Source: Octopus vulgaris | Taxonomy: Eukaryota | NCBI GenBank assembly: GCA_951406725.2 | Contig: OX597832.1 | Coordinates: forward strand, 50,220,001 to 50,284,000 | Reading direction: 5' to 3' | Length of the DNA stretch: 64,000 bases | Shown: in pieces, positions 40,863 through 53,577 of the stretch | How the letters are laid out: each line of letters opens with the position of its first letter | Numbering within the stretch: position 1 is the stretch's first letter | Position numbers and translations under genes: made by a program | The notes under the pieces: generated by a model | The model's database searches: none | What the model was told of the DNA's origin: nothing | Seen by the model: the letters and a program-made list of their open reading frames with translations, nothing else

Positions 40863-41003
40863 TATATATATCTATATACACACACATACACACACACATA
40901 TATACATACATATGCATATACATACTCCATGAGTGTAGTGGGTGCTTTTTACGTGCCTCCGGCACAGGGGCCAGATGAGGCTGGCAAATGGCCATGATCG
41001 GTT

Positions 41004-41042
<39 letters not shown>

Positions 41043-41047
41043 TATTA

Positions 41048-41118
41048 TAGATAGATACATAGATTTACAGATAGATAGATTGATAGATAGATAGATACAT
41101 ACATATATATATATATAT

Positions 41119-41180
<62 letters not shown>
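41048..41180. repeat. (GATA)n microsatellite
   Basis: Directly visible. Confidence 0.9.
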
Positions 41181-41350
41181 CACACACACACGCACATATA
41201 TATATACTCAATTAGAGGTTAAATTAACCTCATTAAGGTATAGTAATATCCAATGAATTACTAGTTCATTACCTAATATTTGTTGTGAGTAATAATAATA
41301 TTCATAAAATAAGAGGTCTATATATAAATCATGGTTTATAATCATTCAAA

Positions 41351-42242
41351 AGCAAATTAAGAAAATGGAGATATAGCATGTAATAAAAATTTATTATCTG
41401 CAAAAATCCAACATAGTCTCTGACAGCTGTTTCAATTAAGCCTAAAGATTAAAATAGCAACTATTAAATCATTATATTAGGCAAAATCTCAGCAGAGTCT
41501 GCTGAGATGATTCTAAAATAGAACTCCTAATAACCAAACAGTATATCTTTTTTCTACCCCTCTGATGAGATTTTGCCTAATATAATGATCTAATAATTGC
41601 TACTTTAATCTTTAGGCTTAATTGAAACAGTTATGAAAAAAAAAAAGAGATTTTTTTTCCAGTGAACTGAAATGAACAGTACATGAACATTATAACTGTA
41701 AAGCTGTATTGAAAGGCTAATTTCATATGTTTAACATGTAATTTGTAAATGCATTGTATATATTGATGTGTTACAACTATTAATTCAAATGTTGTATTGA
41801 AATATATTTGTATTACAAATTTCTTTTTCGCAAAATTTCAACAATTTTTCTGGCAAGAGGCTGATGTTGCAAGTAGCCATTCTAAAATAAGGTGCCAATT
41901 TGTGGTAGCTGGCAATATGACGTAATGTCGTATTGCCGAAGAAATATTGTCGTTTTTCCATTGGTTAATATGACTGCTCATATAAGGATTCTAAAAGTTA
42001 CTTAAAGTATATTTGTATGGGATTTCGATTTTTTAAAGTTAAGTTGAGCAGTTATATTAACCAATGGAAAAACGACAATAATATTTCTTCGGCAAATGAC
42101 ATTATGTCATATTGCCAGCTACCACAAATTGGCGCCTTATTTTAAAATGGCTACTTGCAAACACAGTTGTAAGAGACTATGTTGGATTTTTGCAAATAAT
42201 AAATTGTTATTAAATGCTATATCCCTATTTTCTTAATTTGCT
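41351..42242. mobile_element. Nested foldback element with ~80-bp terminal inverted repeats, two internal hairpins and hammerhead-like cores
   Basis: Outer IR 41351-41431 / 42162-42242. Inner IRs 41427-41497 / 41560-41630 and 41867-41980 / 42045-42160. CTGATGA at 41562 and GAAAC at 41624. The - strand reads CTGCTGA...GAAACAGCTGTC-agagac. Confidence 0.7.
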
Positions 42243-43522
42243 ATATATATATGAATACATGTATAAATGTATTCATACACACATAAAATACTTGTGATGG
42301 TGCCATGTAAAAAGCATCCACTGCACTCTTTAAGGTGGTTGGCATTAGGAAGGGCATCCAGTTGTAACCAAAGCAGACTATGGAAATCTGGTATGACCCC
42401 TCACCTTGCTGGTGCCTGTGAAGCCATTCAACCTATGCTGGCATGGAAAATGGTCATTAAATAATGATGGTGATGATGATGATGTGTCTGTGTGTTATGT
42501 ATATGCACACTTATACGGAAATTTGCACAGAAGCACACACACACACACACACACACACACAAGTACACATACACACGAACATATAAATGTATATATGAAA
42601 ACACACACACACATATAGACACTAAGCCAGCTTCTGGAGAAAGTTTGAAGTAAATGCCAGCAATTTTATAATTATATATAGGTATTTGTGTGTGTGTCTG
42701 GATGTGTGGGGAACAACTTTTCTTTTACACCTGTATTAATGAAAAAATTATGTTCTAACTTTAGCTTCTATTTATACACACACACACACACACACTTAAA
42801 ATTTTACTTTTCAATTACATGATTCCAGCATCATTCCTACTGTGTTGTACCTAATTTGAAGAAACTAATTTATCATAGCCTCGGGTTTTAACAAACCTTT
42901 TGATTGAAATTAAGTTGGCAGAAATTGTCAAATGTATTGTTCCTAATTTTTTTTGTGCGTGTGTGTATGGGGGTGGTGGTGGATGTGACTTAACCCCTTG
43001 CTCATTTTAACAGCACCACTATGTGGCTTTGTAAGGGGTCCTTTAGTAGAATCCACTTTGCTGTGACTAAGCAAACATTCAGAACAGTTTGTCAGTTTGA
43101 GTGTAATTCAGAATGCTCAACAGCTTCCTACTACAGCATCCCATTTCAGAGACACTGCAAAGAGATCATGGGCATTGCATTTTCTTGTCTGAATAAGCCC
43201 TAAAATGTACATACACACATAAGAATGCATGCATGCATATATACATACATGCATGCACATGTATATATATACATACACACACATATATATATACACATAA
43301 ACATATATACATGCATGCATGCACATGTATATATACATAAATACACACATGTATATATACACATATACATACATACATGCACATGTATATATATATATAT
43401 ATATACACACACACATATACATGTGTACGTACACACACACGTGTGTGTGTAGAGTGAGAGAGAGATACACACACATCCATAAGAATCAACACTGGTTTTA
43501 TTTTTAATCATAGTTGTACATG

Positions 43523-43553
<31 letters not shown>

Positions 43554-43794
43554 ACACACACATATACACACACACAAATGTGTGTTGAATATGTCTCATT
43601 GAATACATGCATTGTGTTTTTGTATATGATCTGTGTATATATATATATGTACATTATGCATACATGTGCAGAGTGTATATATACATATACACTCTGCACA
43701 TGTATGTATGTGTTGTGCATATGTTGCATTATGAATGAATATGAGTAAGTCATTTTATTTAGAAATAAATAAATATGTTTTATATGTATATTGT

Positions 43795-45260
43795 GTGCAT
43801 CAACCATGCAAAAACTGAATTAAGAATAGTGAGCAAGCAAGATTCAATTATACTTGGAATAAAATAAAAAAATATTATATCCTTTTCTTTAAGATGACAG
43901 TAAGAGATTGGTTTAGTAGCATTAGCAACAAGCAATTTGTATATTTATCCAGTTTGGTGTTATTGATTTTTATCCCTCCATAATTAAACCTTTTCTTCTT
44001 AAAGCTTTAGCGTTTGCCAATTCCATTGTTCCTATCTGTGAATCTGATATTAAAATAATTATGCGCACAAAGAAACCCTTTTTGTTTATCAACAATTCAT
44101 CCTGATTAAAAAAGGATAATGGAAACAAATTGTTTGATGTACCCGTGAGAGCGTAGAATAGGCTGAAGAATCCATAGTTATAGGAAATTATGTATTATTT
44201 GCATTAAAAAAAATTTCCTACTGTATGAGAAGGCATTTATAGAGATGATGGGCTCTTAATTTCACACAACCTGAATAACCAAGGGTTGCAAATGATTTCA
44301 TAAAATTATTTGGTGAAATATGTTTAAGAATTACTGCTTATATGCACATAGTTAATGTTTTAGCTATTTTAAAATTTAGAAGCAGAAAAATTATACCCTT
44401 ACCAAAAATATTAGTAAAATTTCTTTTATATTAATAAGAATTTCAGTTTTTTGGCTTATATCTTACAAAACTTAATTCATAGTATTAGTGAGTGTATCTC
44501 TTCTATATCCTTTGACTCAAGCTACATTCATTAGCATTTCTCATTATTATACCAAGTTCTAATGAATGCGCAATTCATTGTCTTGTTGCTCCTAAGCACA
44601 ATAAACCAATGCTTCTCAAAGACAATTATCATTGAGAGCTAAAAGCAGCTTTACAAATAAAATCCAATATATTAGTTATCTTGATGTCCCCAGGCGTAGG
44701 AATAGATATAAAGTAAATTTCAACAAAGAATGCTTAATCTTTTCTCATTTTCCAACTAATCGTGGATACCTTAACAAAAGCTCAGTTAATGTTAGGTTTC
44801 CTTGCTATAAAAATTTCACTTATTCCATTAATCATTTTAATTCAAGAAGACTTTAGCATCAATAATTCTGTTTCCCACCTACTTGTAATTTCATTCTTAC
44901 AAAAAACTATCTTCTCAATGGTAACTGCCTTTCAGAAGCGTCAGTTCATTGTACTAAGGAGCAACAAGGCAATAGCATAGTATTTAGATTTACACCTTAA
45001 CTGTAAACACATTCAAGATGCACTTTTACAAACACATGCATTCCTTGAAGCTTCTAGAGTAAAACAATTTTCAACATCTTTGTCCAAATACATTTGGTAT
45101 TTTTAGAGCATGCTGCACAGTATAAATGTGCATCCTTTTGTTCAAACTCATGCTGTAAACTGTGTTTTAGTAAGTTCATTTTATTTGTAAGGTTCACACT
45201 ATAAAATGAAAAGAGCCATATTGCCAAATTTCTACTTATACCCACTAAATATTTATTTGT
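43795..45260 (+). mobile_element. Decayed Penelope-like retroelement, Naiad/Chlamys type (RT plus C-terminal GIY-YIG endonuclease), many stops and frameshifts
   Basis: Collinear motifs on + strand: INHAKTELRIVSKQ (~43800), DWFSSISNK, FIQFGVIDFYPSI (43944), KKDNGNKLFDVP, GIYRDDGL (44232-44255), HFPTN..LNKSSVNVRFPCYKN..INHFN, CN..LNGNCL, TFKMHFYKHMHS, STSLSKYIW and CKLC. These match the Naiad-type pattern FIQFD..DFYPS / FDVTMG / GLYRDDGL / CPLNGNCL / STELSKYIW / CNLC. Confidence 0.8.
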
Positions 45261-45305
45261 AATTACCTACCCCTCAATGGATCTAAATCTTTGATTTCTT
45301 TCTGA

Positions 45306-45351
<46 letters not shown>

Positions 45352-45894
45352 TGGATCTTTTACTGTCGTCATTTTGCCCCAATTCACATCTCATACATTT
45401 AAGAATTTTAATAGTGCATTTTAATATTTTATATTTCCCTTGTGTGATTGGATTCTTTTGCACACCTGCAATTTGCATAAAATTTTGTTTCTTTAAAAAA
45501 TTCTTCTTCCCTTCCTTTTTCTTATGCTTTTTTTTTTTGGGTTCACTTATTTTTTTTCCACTTTTATTTTACTTTGCTTTTCATTTCACTTTCATCTTTT
45601 TGTACATTCATATATTCATTTTTTTTTTCATACATACCTATTTATACAGCTCTTATTTCCTTCTCCAACAGGCAAATCCTTCTTCCCCAATCCTTCATTT
45701 ATCTTATTTCATAGTCAACCAAGTATGATCCTTATGTTTTTTTGTTTTTTTTTTCATTTTTAATCTTAACCAGTCAAATATCAACACTGCATGTTCTTTT
45801 AATACCTTTCATCTGTTCCTATTTTACCATTATCATCAAATGATCAGGAATAAGGTACTTAAACTCACAACTTGTAATGTTTCAGCCTCCATTA

Positions 45895-45951
<57 letters not shown>

Positions 45952-46151
45952 ATTTTGTTTAGACATTGCAATGCTAATAGCTTTGTGTTCATGTTTGAAA
46001 CTTCAAGAAAGCTTTAGGGTGATACTCAAGCACTCAACTGTGAGTGCATTGCACCCTATAGCAGAAACAGCTGCAAGCCAATGAAGTTCATAACATAATT
46101 GTTTATTCCTTTGTCATCCCAATTTCTTATATATTCATATACATATAGATG

Positions 46152-46190
<39 letters not shown>

Positions 46191-46199
46191 ATGTATGTA

Positions 46200-46235
<36 letters not shown>

Positions 46236-46519
46236 TGTATGTACGTATGTATCTGTATGTATATGTGTGTGTGTATGTATGTATGCATGTATGTATGTAT
46301 CTATATATATGTGTGTATATGTACATATGTGTGTGTATATGTATGTATGTGTATGTATATGTGTGTGCATGTGTATATATGTATGTATATGTGTGTGTAT
46401 ATGTGTGTGTGTATATATATATATATGTATATATGTGTGTATATTTATGTGTGTATGTATATGTATATATGTGTGTGTGTATATTTATGTATATGTGTGT
46501 GTATGTATATATGTATGTA

Positions 46520-46661
46520 TATGTGCATGCATACTGATGTATGTGCACATGTGTGTGTGTGTGTGTGTATGTGTAAAAAGTATTATAGTCCCTAGGCTGT
46601 GTGAGTGGTGTCAATGTAAAGGATGTCAGCAATAATAGAAATTATTAGAAAGAAAGAATAG
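46520..46661 (+). repeat. Left arm of the inverted repeat bracketing the RYK 100-nt exon
   Basis: Its reverse complement matches 47940-48070 (ctttctaataatttctattattgctgacatcctttacattga.accactcacacag.ctagggactataata ... gtgcacatacatcagtatgcat). Confidence 0.85.
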
Positions 46662-47023
46662 CAATGGAAAGGAAAAATGGAGGAGACTAAATAACTTCCT
46701 ACCCCCCCCATCACACACACATACACACACACACACACGTGCACAATATCATGAACTAACATGCATAGTCATACGTTTTTTGTTTTTTTTTTGGTATTTT
46801 TGTGCATGCATGAAAGAAAAAATGAAATGTAATGAGAGGAAATTGCATTAAGAAAGTCAGCAGGCAATTCTTGAGATTTTCATGGAAAAAGTTACAAAAA
46901 TGTTTATAGTTCATCTGTTAATGAATTTTAGGTCGATGTAAGTTAGTACGTTCTGGAATTGGTTTGGTAAAATAGGCTCGAGGGCAGATCCAAACACAGC
47001 ACCTGAGTGAGTAGATGCAGGGT

Positions 47024-47059
<36 letters not shown>

Positions 47060-47060
47060 A

Positions 47061-47123
<63 letters not shown>

Positions 47124-47241
47124 TATATATATGCATATATATATGCATATATATATATATATATATATATATGCATATATATATATATGCATATATATAT
47201 ATATATATATATATGCATATATATATGATATGCATATATAT

Positions 47242-47283
<42 letters not shown>

Positions 47284-47303
47284 TATATATATATATATAT
47301 ATA

Positions 47304-47344
<41 letters not shown>

Positions 47345-47357
47345 TTATATATATATA

Positions 47358-47393
<36 letters not shown>

Positions 47394-47618
47394 TATATAT
47401 ATATGAATATATATTGTATATATATGCATGCTGTATCATGAATGCAAAATATTTGTAACTTTTGTTGTTTAGCTCTGCCTCAGCTTTGATTGCACTCACC
47501 TATGATTACAGAGTTTCCAGACATGACTCCCCAGTCTTATATTTATTCGTTTTTGTTTTTTTTAGACAGAGTATATTGCATTTTATTTTAGGTTTTGTTT
47601 CTTTGTTGTGTTTTTCAG

Positions 47619-47718
47619 ATGCCTTACAAAATGCAGTTTTTTGTGTCAAACCCTCAGGCAATGAACAAACCTACAGCAAATATTAGTAATAATGGTCTTG
47701 TACCAACCAAACTCTCAG
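47619..47718 (+). CDS. RYK: RYK next exon, middle of the WIF domain
   Basis: Acceptor ttgtgtttttcAG ends at 47618, and donor GTAAGC starts at 47719. The exon is 100 nt, phase 0 to 1, compatible with the upstream exon. It translates as MPYKMQFFVSNPQAMNKPTANISNNGLVPTKLS, matching RYK VEYKLGFQVDNVLAMDMPQVNISVQGEVPRTLS including the NIS sequon. This frame is not shown in the ORF track. Confidence 0.92.
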
Positions 47719-47939
47719 GTAAGCAAATTATCTCATTTCTTATTATCAAAAAGTAAAACAAAGAACTCTCATAAACTTGGCTGACTTTTACTTCATACCA
47801 TATTTGATGGCATATAAGAGGCATTTTCTTTTTTACTGAAAAAAAAAAAAAAAATGTTCCAAAAACTCATTCTGGTTCTTTAGTCAAAGTTGGACTTCCC
47901 ATAAGCTTTAAGTTTTCAGAATTTAAACCAGCTATATTT

Positions 47940-48070
47940 CTATTCGTTCTTTCTAATAATTTCTATTATTGCTGACATCCTTTACATTGATACCACTCAC
48001 ACAGTCTAGGGACTATAATACCATTTACATACATGCAAACACGTGCACATACATCAGTATGCATATACAT
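47940..48070 (-). repeat. Right arm of the inverted repeat bracketing the RYK 100-nt exon
   Basis: Partner of 46520-46661, with about 80 bp of non-microsatellite core and only a few mismatches. Confidence 0.85.
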
Positions 48071-49033
48071 ATATATATATATATATACATACATACACAT
48101 GCACTACTAATTACGTTACTCAGTGACGATAAATGCTGTGACTACAAAGACCCGGGCTGCTTTCTGCAGCAATTCCACATACCGCCTACTCATTTTGAGT
48201 GTGGTTGTTGCCAAAGTACTGCCTGAATGGTCCTCTGTGCCGGTGGCACGTAAAAGCACCCACTCCACTCACGGAGTGGTTGGCGTTAGGAAGGGCATCC
48301 AGCCGTAGAAACTTTGCCAGATCAGACTGGAGCCTGGTGCAGCCTTCTGGCTCGCCAGTCCTCGGCCAAACCGTCCAACCCGTGCTAGCGCGGAAAGCGG
48401 ACGTTAAACGACGATGATGATGATGATGATGATGATGATATACACATACACACACACACACACATACACATATATACATACATAGCATGTAAAAATATTC
48501 CACTTGTTTTATGTTTAAACTGGCCAGATCTGGCCTCTCACGCCTACCCTACAATGTCATCATAAAAATAAATGTTATAAAAATTACATCTAATGAAATT
48601 CTGAAAGCTACAAGATAAAGCAGGATTAATTCAAAACAATATGAATAAATACGCATTACATTTAACAGAATAATCTGAATGCCAAAGGGTAAAGCACTGA
48701 ATGCTTATTTCTTGAATATGTGCTGCTGAGTTTGGGGTGTATCTGATATGCCTTTGCATCTTTTATACCATCAGATATGGTGCTAAATATTTCATACAGC
48801 AAGCTGATAGATTGTTTGCACACCAGGCAAAATGTTTCACAGTATTTCATTCATCTTTATGTTCTCAGTTCAAATTCTGCTGAGGTCAACTTTGCCTTTT
48901 ATCGACTCTCAGAAGTATGAACGGTAAAGTTAGACCCCATAAAAGGGATATGACTTACTACCAACAGGTATATTATCTGACACTTTGCAGGCTCTCCCAA
49001 TCAACTGTCCTTTTACAAAATCTTATATTATAG

Positions 49034-49449
49034 GGCCCTTGTGGCTGTGTGGTAAGTAGCTTGCTAACCAACCACATGGTTCCGGGGTTCAGTCCCACTG
49101 CGTGGCACCTTGGGCAAAGTGTCTTCTACTATAGCCCCGGGCCGACCAATGCCTTGTGAGTGGATTTGGTAGACGGAAACTGAAAGAAGCCTGTTGTATA
49201 TATGTATATATATATACATGTGTGTGTGTGTTTGTGTGTCTGTGTTTGTCCCCCTAGCATTGCTTGACAACCGATGCTGGTGTGTTTACGTCCCCATCAC
49301 TTAGCGGTTCGGCAAAAGAGACCGATAGAATAAGTACTAGGCTTACAAAAGAATAAGTCCCGGGGTCGAGTTGCTTGATTAAAGGCGGTGCTCCAGCATG
49401 GCCGCAGTCAAATGACTGAAACAAGTAAAAGAGTAAAAGGGTAAAGAGT
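49034..49449 (+). mobile_element. SINE family B, near full-length
   Basis: Collinear with 35828-36246. Confidence 0.85.
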
Positions 49450-49497
49450 GATCTGGTTTTCTTATTGAAGAAGCATCAGTTAGCTTAGTTGCTAAAG

Positions 49498-50184
49498 CAG
49501 TTGTTCTCAACTGGGCCCCATATAAGATTTTTGTGAGTCTATGCGAGCAAAATAGTAAATTAGGGATCTACAGTAGTATGTTAAGGGTCTGGAAAAAACT
49601 TTTGCTTTTTGCTTTAGATATATTTATTGCATGACACAGCCAGATTTCTTTCTCAGATGTTTTACATAGTTCAGTCTACATCATCATTCATCATTGTTCG
49701 ACCGTGGTCGAGACAATGGAATTTACCATGCTACGCCAGACTTCATGGTCCATCATGGCATTACGGAGGTCCTGTTTATAGATGCCTGTATCCCTGGAGA
49801 TTACATCAGGGTAGGAGAGTGTGCGCCCTCTGGTATTGTGAGTAGATGGCTTCCAGAGGAGAAGAGTAGAAATTACCTCTTTTTCAGCTCCACAACAATG
49901 TCCAGCAAACTGGACTCTCTTACCTTTCACAAGAGATGACACAGGTGGTAGTTTCCCATATATTTGCATTTTGGTTGGATGACGCTTCCACGAGAGATTT
50001 TGGCGCTTCCACGAGATCTCTCGTTCAGTCTACACCAATTAATGTGTGAACATCAATGTAGGAATTTTGAAAGCAGCATCAATAAAATTAGTTTTTAAAC
50101 ATTGAATGGGTATAGGGGTCCACCAGAGTAAAATAATAAACAAAGGGGTCCGTAGGTAAAAAAAAAAATGGTCAAGAACCACTG
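49498..50184. mobile_element. hAT (Charlie-like) MITE hosting the RTE insertion; partial copy at ~20800-20963
   Basis: Termini cagttgttctcaac / gtcaagaaccactg and internal ggggtcc motifs shared with 20890-20963. Confidence 0.5.
49681..50022 (-). mobile_element. 5'-truncated RTE-type LINE with 12-bp target-site duplication
   Basis: Reads IYGKLPPVS..RVQFAGHC..LLLWKP..RNAMMDHEVWR with a (TGA)n tail. TSD gttcagtctaca lies at 49669-49680 and 50023-50034. Confidence 0.85.
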
Positions 50185-50268
50185 CTCTGAAGGGTTAAGA
50201 CATACACCTATTCAGCTGCTGTATAAGAAAGCCAGGGACTCCATATCTCCTGGTCCTATTTTTCTCTT

Positions 50269-50312
<44 letters not shown>

Positions 50313-51196
50313 CATGCACACACACAGAGTTCTTAATGTACCAAATTTCTAATTGTGATGAAATAGCATCCCCGTGAGATGATTTTGTTTTAATGTGTTT
50401 TGTGTTTTTTGAGGTGGTGGTTGTGGGGGTGGGGGTGCTTTGACATTACATTATTTTTTTTTTATTGAAAAACTCTAAAAAGAGCAAAAGAATGACAACG
50501 AAACATTTTGTAAGCTGGGTTTATGAATGTACTTTTTCACAGCAGTAGAACACTGATGTTACATGTGTTTACATATGTATGTATATGTGTGTATGTGTGT
50601 GTGAGAAGAAGAGAGAGGGAGAAGGAAAGAAAGAAAGAAAGGTGTATATATATATGTAAGAGAGAAAGTAGGCATGTATGCCAGAGAGAGAAAGTAAGCA
50701 TGTGTATGTGTGTGTGTGCAAGAGAGATAGAGAAGCAGACAGAGACAGAGTAGGTGTGTTTGTAAGAGGGAGAGAGAGAGAGAGAGAAAGAAAGAAAGAA
50801 AGAAAGACAGTAGATGTGTGTGTGTGTGTGACCAGCTGTGATTGTAACTGTAGAACAGGCTGGAAAACAGTCAAAAAGCTTGGCGGAAAATATAAATGGT
50901 TTCCAAGTGACTTGCACTGAGTTTTGGGTTTGATAAAATAAACAGTTTCACTTTTTGGAAGAGTTCTGCCATATGTCTCTACACGGGGACTGTTTCTTTT
51001 TTGTTTTAGTTGTTGTTAAGAATGGTATGGCAGAATTGTTAGAAAACCAGCCAAAATGCTTTGCATTATTTGTTATGGCACTTTGCTTTCTGAGTTCAAA
51101 TCCATGGAGATCAATTTTTTTTCCTTTCATCCTTCTGGGGTCAGTAAACTACAATATTAGTAATATATATATTTCCACGTGATATATATAAAGCAT

Positions 51197-51490
51197 GGAG
51201 GCGCAATGGCCCAGTGGTTAGGGCTGCAGACTCGTGGTCGTAGGATCGCGGTTTCGATTCCCAGACCGGGCGTTGTGAGTGTTTATTGAGCGAAAACACC
51301 TAAAAGCTCCACGACGCTCCGGCAGGGGGTGGTGGCGATCCTTGCTGTACTCTTTCACCACTCTTTCTTCTGTTGGCCTGCTCGCTTAGCCAGCGGGGTG
51401 GCGTCATTCAAAGGCTAAAACAATGCGAAGGCATTGTGACCAGCGATGTGTAACAACATCTGATGGTCTGGTTGGTCACGTGATCACATG
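51197..51490 (+). mobile_element. tRNA(Arg)-like SINE family E with TSD; second copy 56985-57262 (-)
   Basis: A box tggcccagtgg, B box ggtttcgattccc and tail gtcacgtgatcacatga. tatataaagca is duplicated on both sides. Confidence 0.75.
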
Positions 51491-52228
51491 ATATATAAAG
51501 CACAAAATACTGTGATAGTTGTTACCATGAGAGAAACTCTCATATTGGCTTTCGATGCATATAAGCACTCTTTTACATTACTAGAGGGGAGATAAATCAC
51601 CTGCCTTCACCACTGTCAGATCACATGATTTCAGTCTTCCATGACCTCGTCAGTAATAGACACTTGGACATTGGAGATAGCAATAATATCACTGCTAGCG
51701 ATATGCAGATAATCACAGTGTTTAGTGGTAGTAGTGAAAGTGGTAATTATTGCTGTTGTTGTTATTGTTTGAAAATATCAAATGCCTGACAAACCAAGTT
51801 CTGTTGGCCATATGTTTTCAACAGAGCAAGGTTCCTGCGAAGAAATTTCTGGTGAAGCTAATGACCCATCACAGAGTGTTCTATGATACACACCATATGC
51901 TACTGAAACCAGCCACCTGGATGGGAACATGCAGCAGCATTTTCTTCATTTAATAAATTATGTTTCTTTGTATCTTTCTCACCGTCATTCTTTTCTTTGT
52001 TAACGCCTTGGAACAAATAGTTTTCAGATGGTGACGGAAGTAAAGAAACTTGAATCGTAGCTGTGGATGTTGGTGGTCGGTGCTGAACAGGCAGAGTTAA
52101 ACCGTTTTAGTCACTTTTTAAAAAGAATCACATGTTACAGATTCAGGGATTCTCCCGTTGCAAATGGCATATGAGCATTCTACAATTTCTTGCCGAACAA
52201 ATGCACAGATGATTTTTTTGTCTTTTTC

Positions 52229-52761
52229 TTGTAATCAAATGTTTATTATTTCTTTATTACCCACTGGCAATACTTAATTTTAAGTACCAGTTACGCACTT
52301 AATGTAATCGACTCAATCTTTCTGTCTGCCCTTGTTTGTCCCCTCTATGTTTAGCCCCTTGTGAGCAGCAAAGAAATAAGAAACATTAGCTTGCTAGGCA
52401 ACCCCAAAAGAATGAAAGGTAAAGTCGACCTCTGCAGTATTTGAACTTAGAACATAAAGACAGACATAAAACTGCTAAGCAATTCGCCTGGTGTGCTAAC
52501 ATTTCTGCCAGCTCACCACCTTATCAAATGTTGTAATCAAATGTTTGTTATTCCTTTATTGCCCACTAGGGGCTAAACATAGAGGGGACAAACAAGGACA
52601 GACAGAAGGATTAAGTCATTACGTTAAGTGCGTAACTGGTACTTAATTTATCGACCCCGAAAGGATGCAAGGTAAAGTCGCCCTCGGTGGTATTTGAACT
52701 CAGAACGTAAAGACAGGTGTAAAACCGCTAAGCAATTCACCCCGCGTGCTAACGTTTCTGC
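52229..52761 (-). mobile_element. Tandemly duplicated SINE family A pair, first copy with an internal inversion
   Basis: Both copies start with flank ttgtaatcaaatgttt. Segment ~52281-52380 is inverted relative to the second copy. Confidence 0.65.
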
Positions 52762-53528
52762 ATGCAATCATCATTGCCCATACTGGTGCACAGTGTGCCA
52801 ACATGACATGTTAAAGTGATTACAGAGCAATGTGAGATGAAGTGTTTTCTCAAGGACCCAAAGCACTGCTTGGTCCAGGAATTGAAACCCCTGCATCTTC
52901 TTTTATCTTTTACTTGTTTCAGACTGTGGCCATACTGGGACATCACCTTGAAGAATTTCCTCTTTTTTTTTTAGTGAAATGAATCAACCCTGTTACTTAG
53001 CAGCATTTTGCCTATCATTCCGGTCTGAGTTCAAATTCTGCCTAGGTTGACTTTCATCCTTTCGGGGTCAGTTAAATAAGTACCAGTTGAACACTGGGGT
53101 CAATGTCATTGGCTCATCCCCTCCCTCAAAATTGTTGTCCTTGTGACAAAATTTGAAACTGTTGTTGTTGTTGTGGTGGTGGTAAACTGGCAGAATCATT
53201 AGCACACCAGGTGAAATGCTTAGTGGCATTTCGCCTGTCTTTACACTCTGAGATCAAATTCTACCAAGGTCGACTTTGTCTTTCATTCTTTCGGGGTTGA
53301 TAAAATAAGGACCAGTTGAGTACTGGGACCAAAATAATTGACTATCCCCTCCCCAAAATTTCAGGCTTTGTATGTTTAGTAGAAAGGATTATTAATATTA
53401 TTATTATTACCTTTCATCCTTTTGAGGTCGATAAATAAAGTACCAGCCAAACACAGGTGTTGATTTAATCAACTAACCCCCTCCCAACAAATTTCAGGCC
53501 TTGTGCCTACAGTAGAAAGGATTATTGC

Positions 53529-53574
<46 letters not shown>

Positions 53575-53577
<3 letters not shown>

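Noticed and set aside
44103-44105. In-frame TGA in the PLE RT as possible selenocysteine
   Set aside because: It aligns to the Trp of the PWVKK-type motif (TGG to TGA) in a heavily decayed copy, and no SECIS is evident.
44100-44900. - strand hAT-transposase-like words (SRWETELLML, IAHSLEL)
   Set aside because: The motif order is reversed relative to hAT transposases, and the + strand gives a coherent collinear PLE protein.
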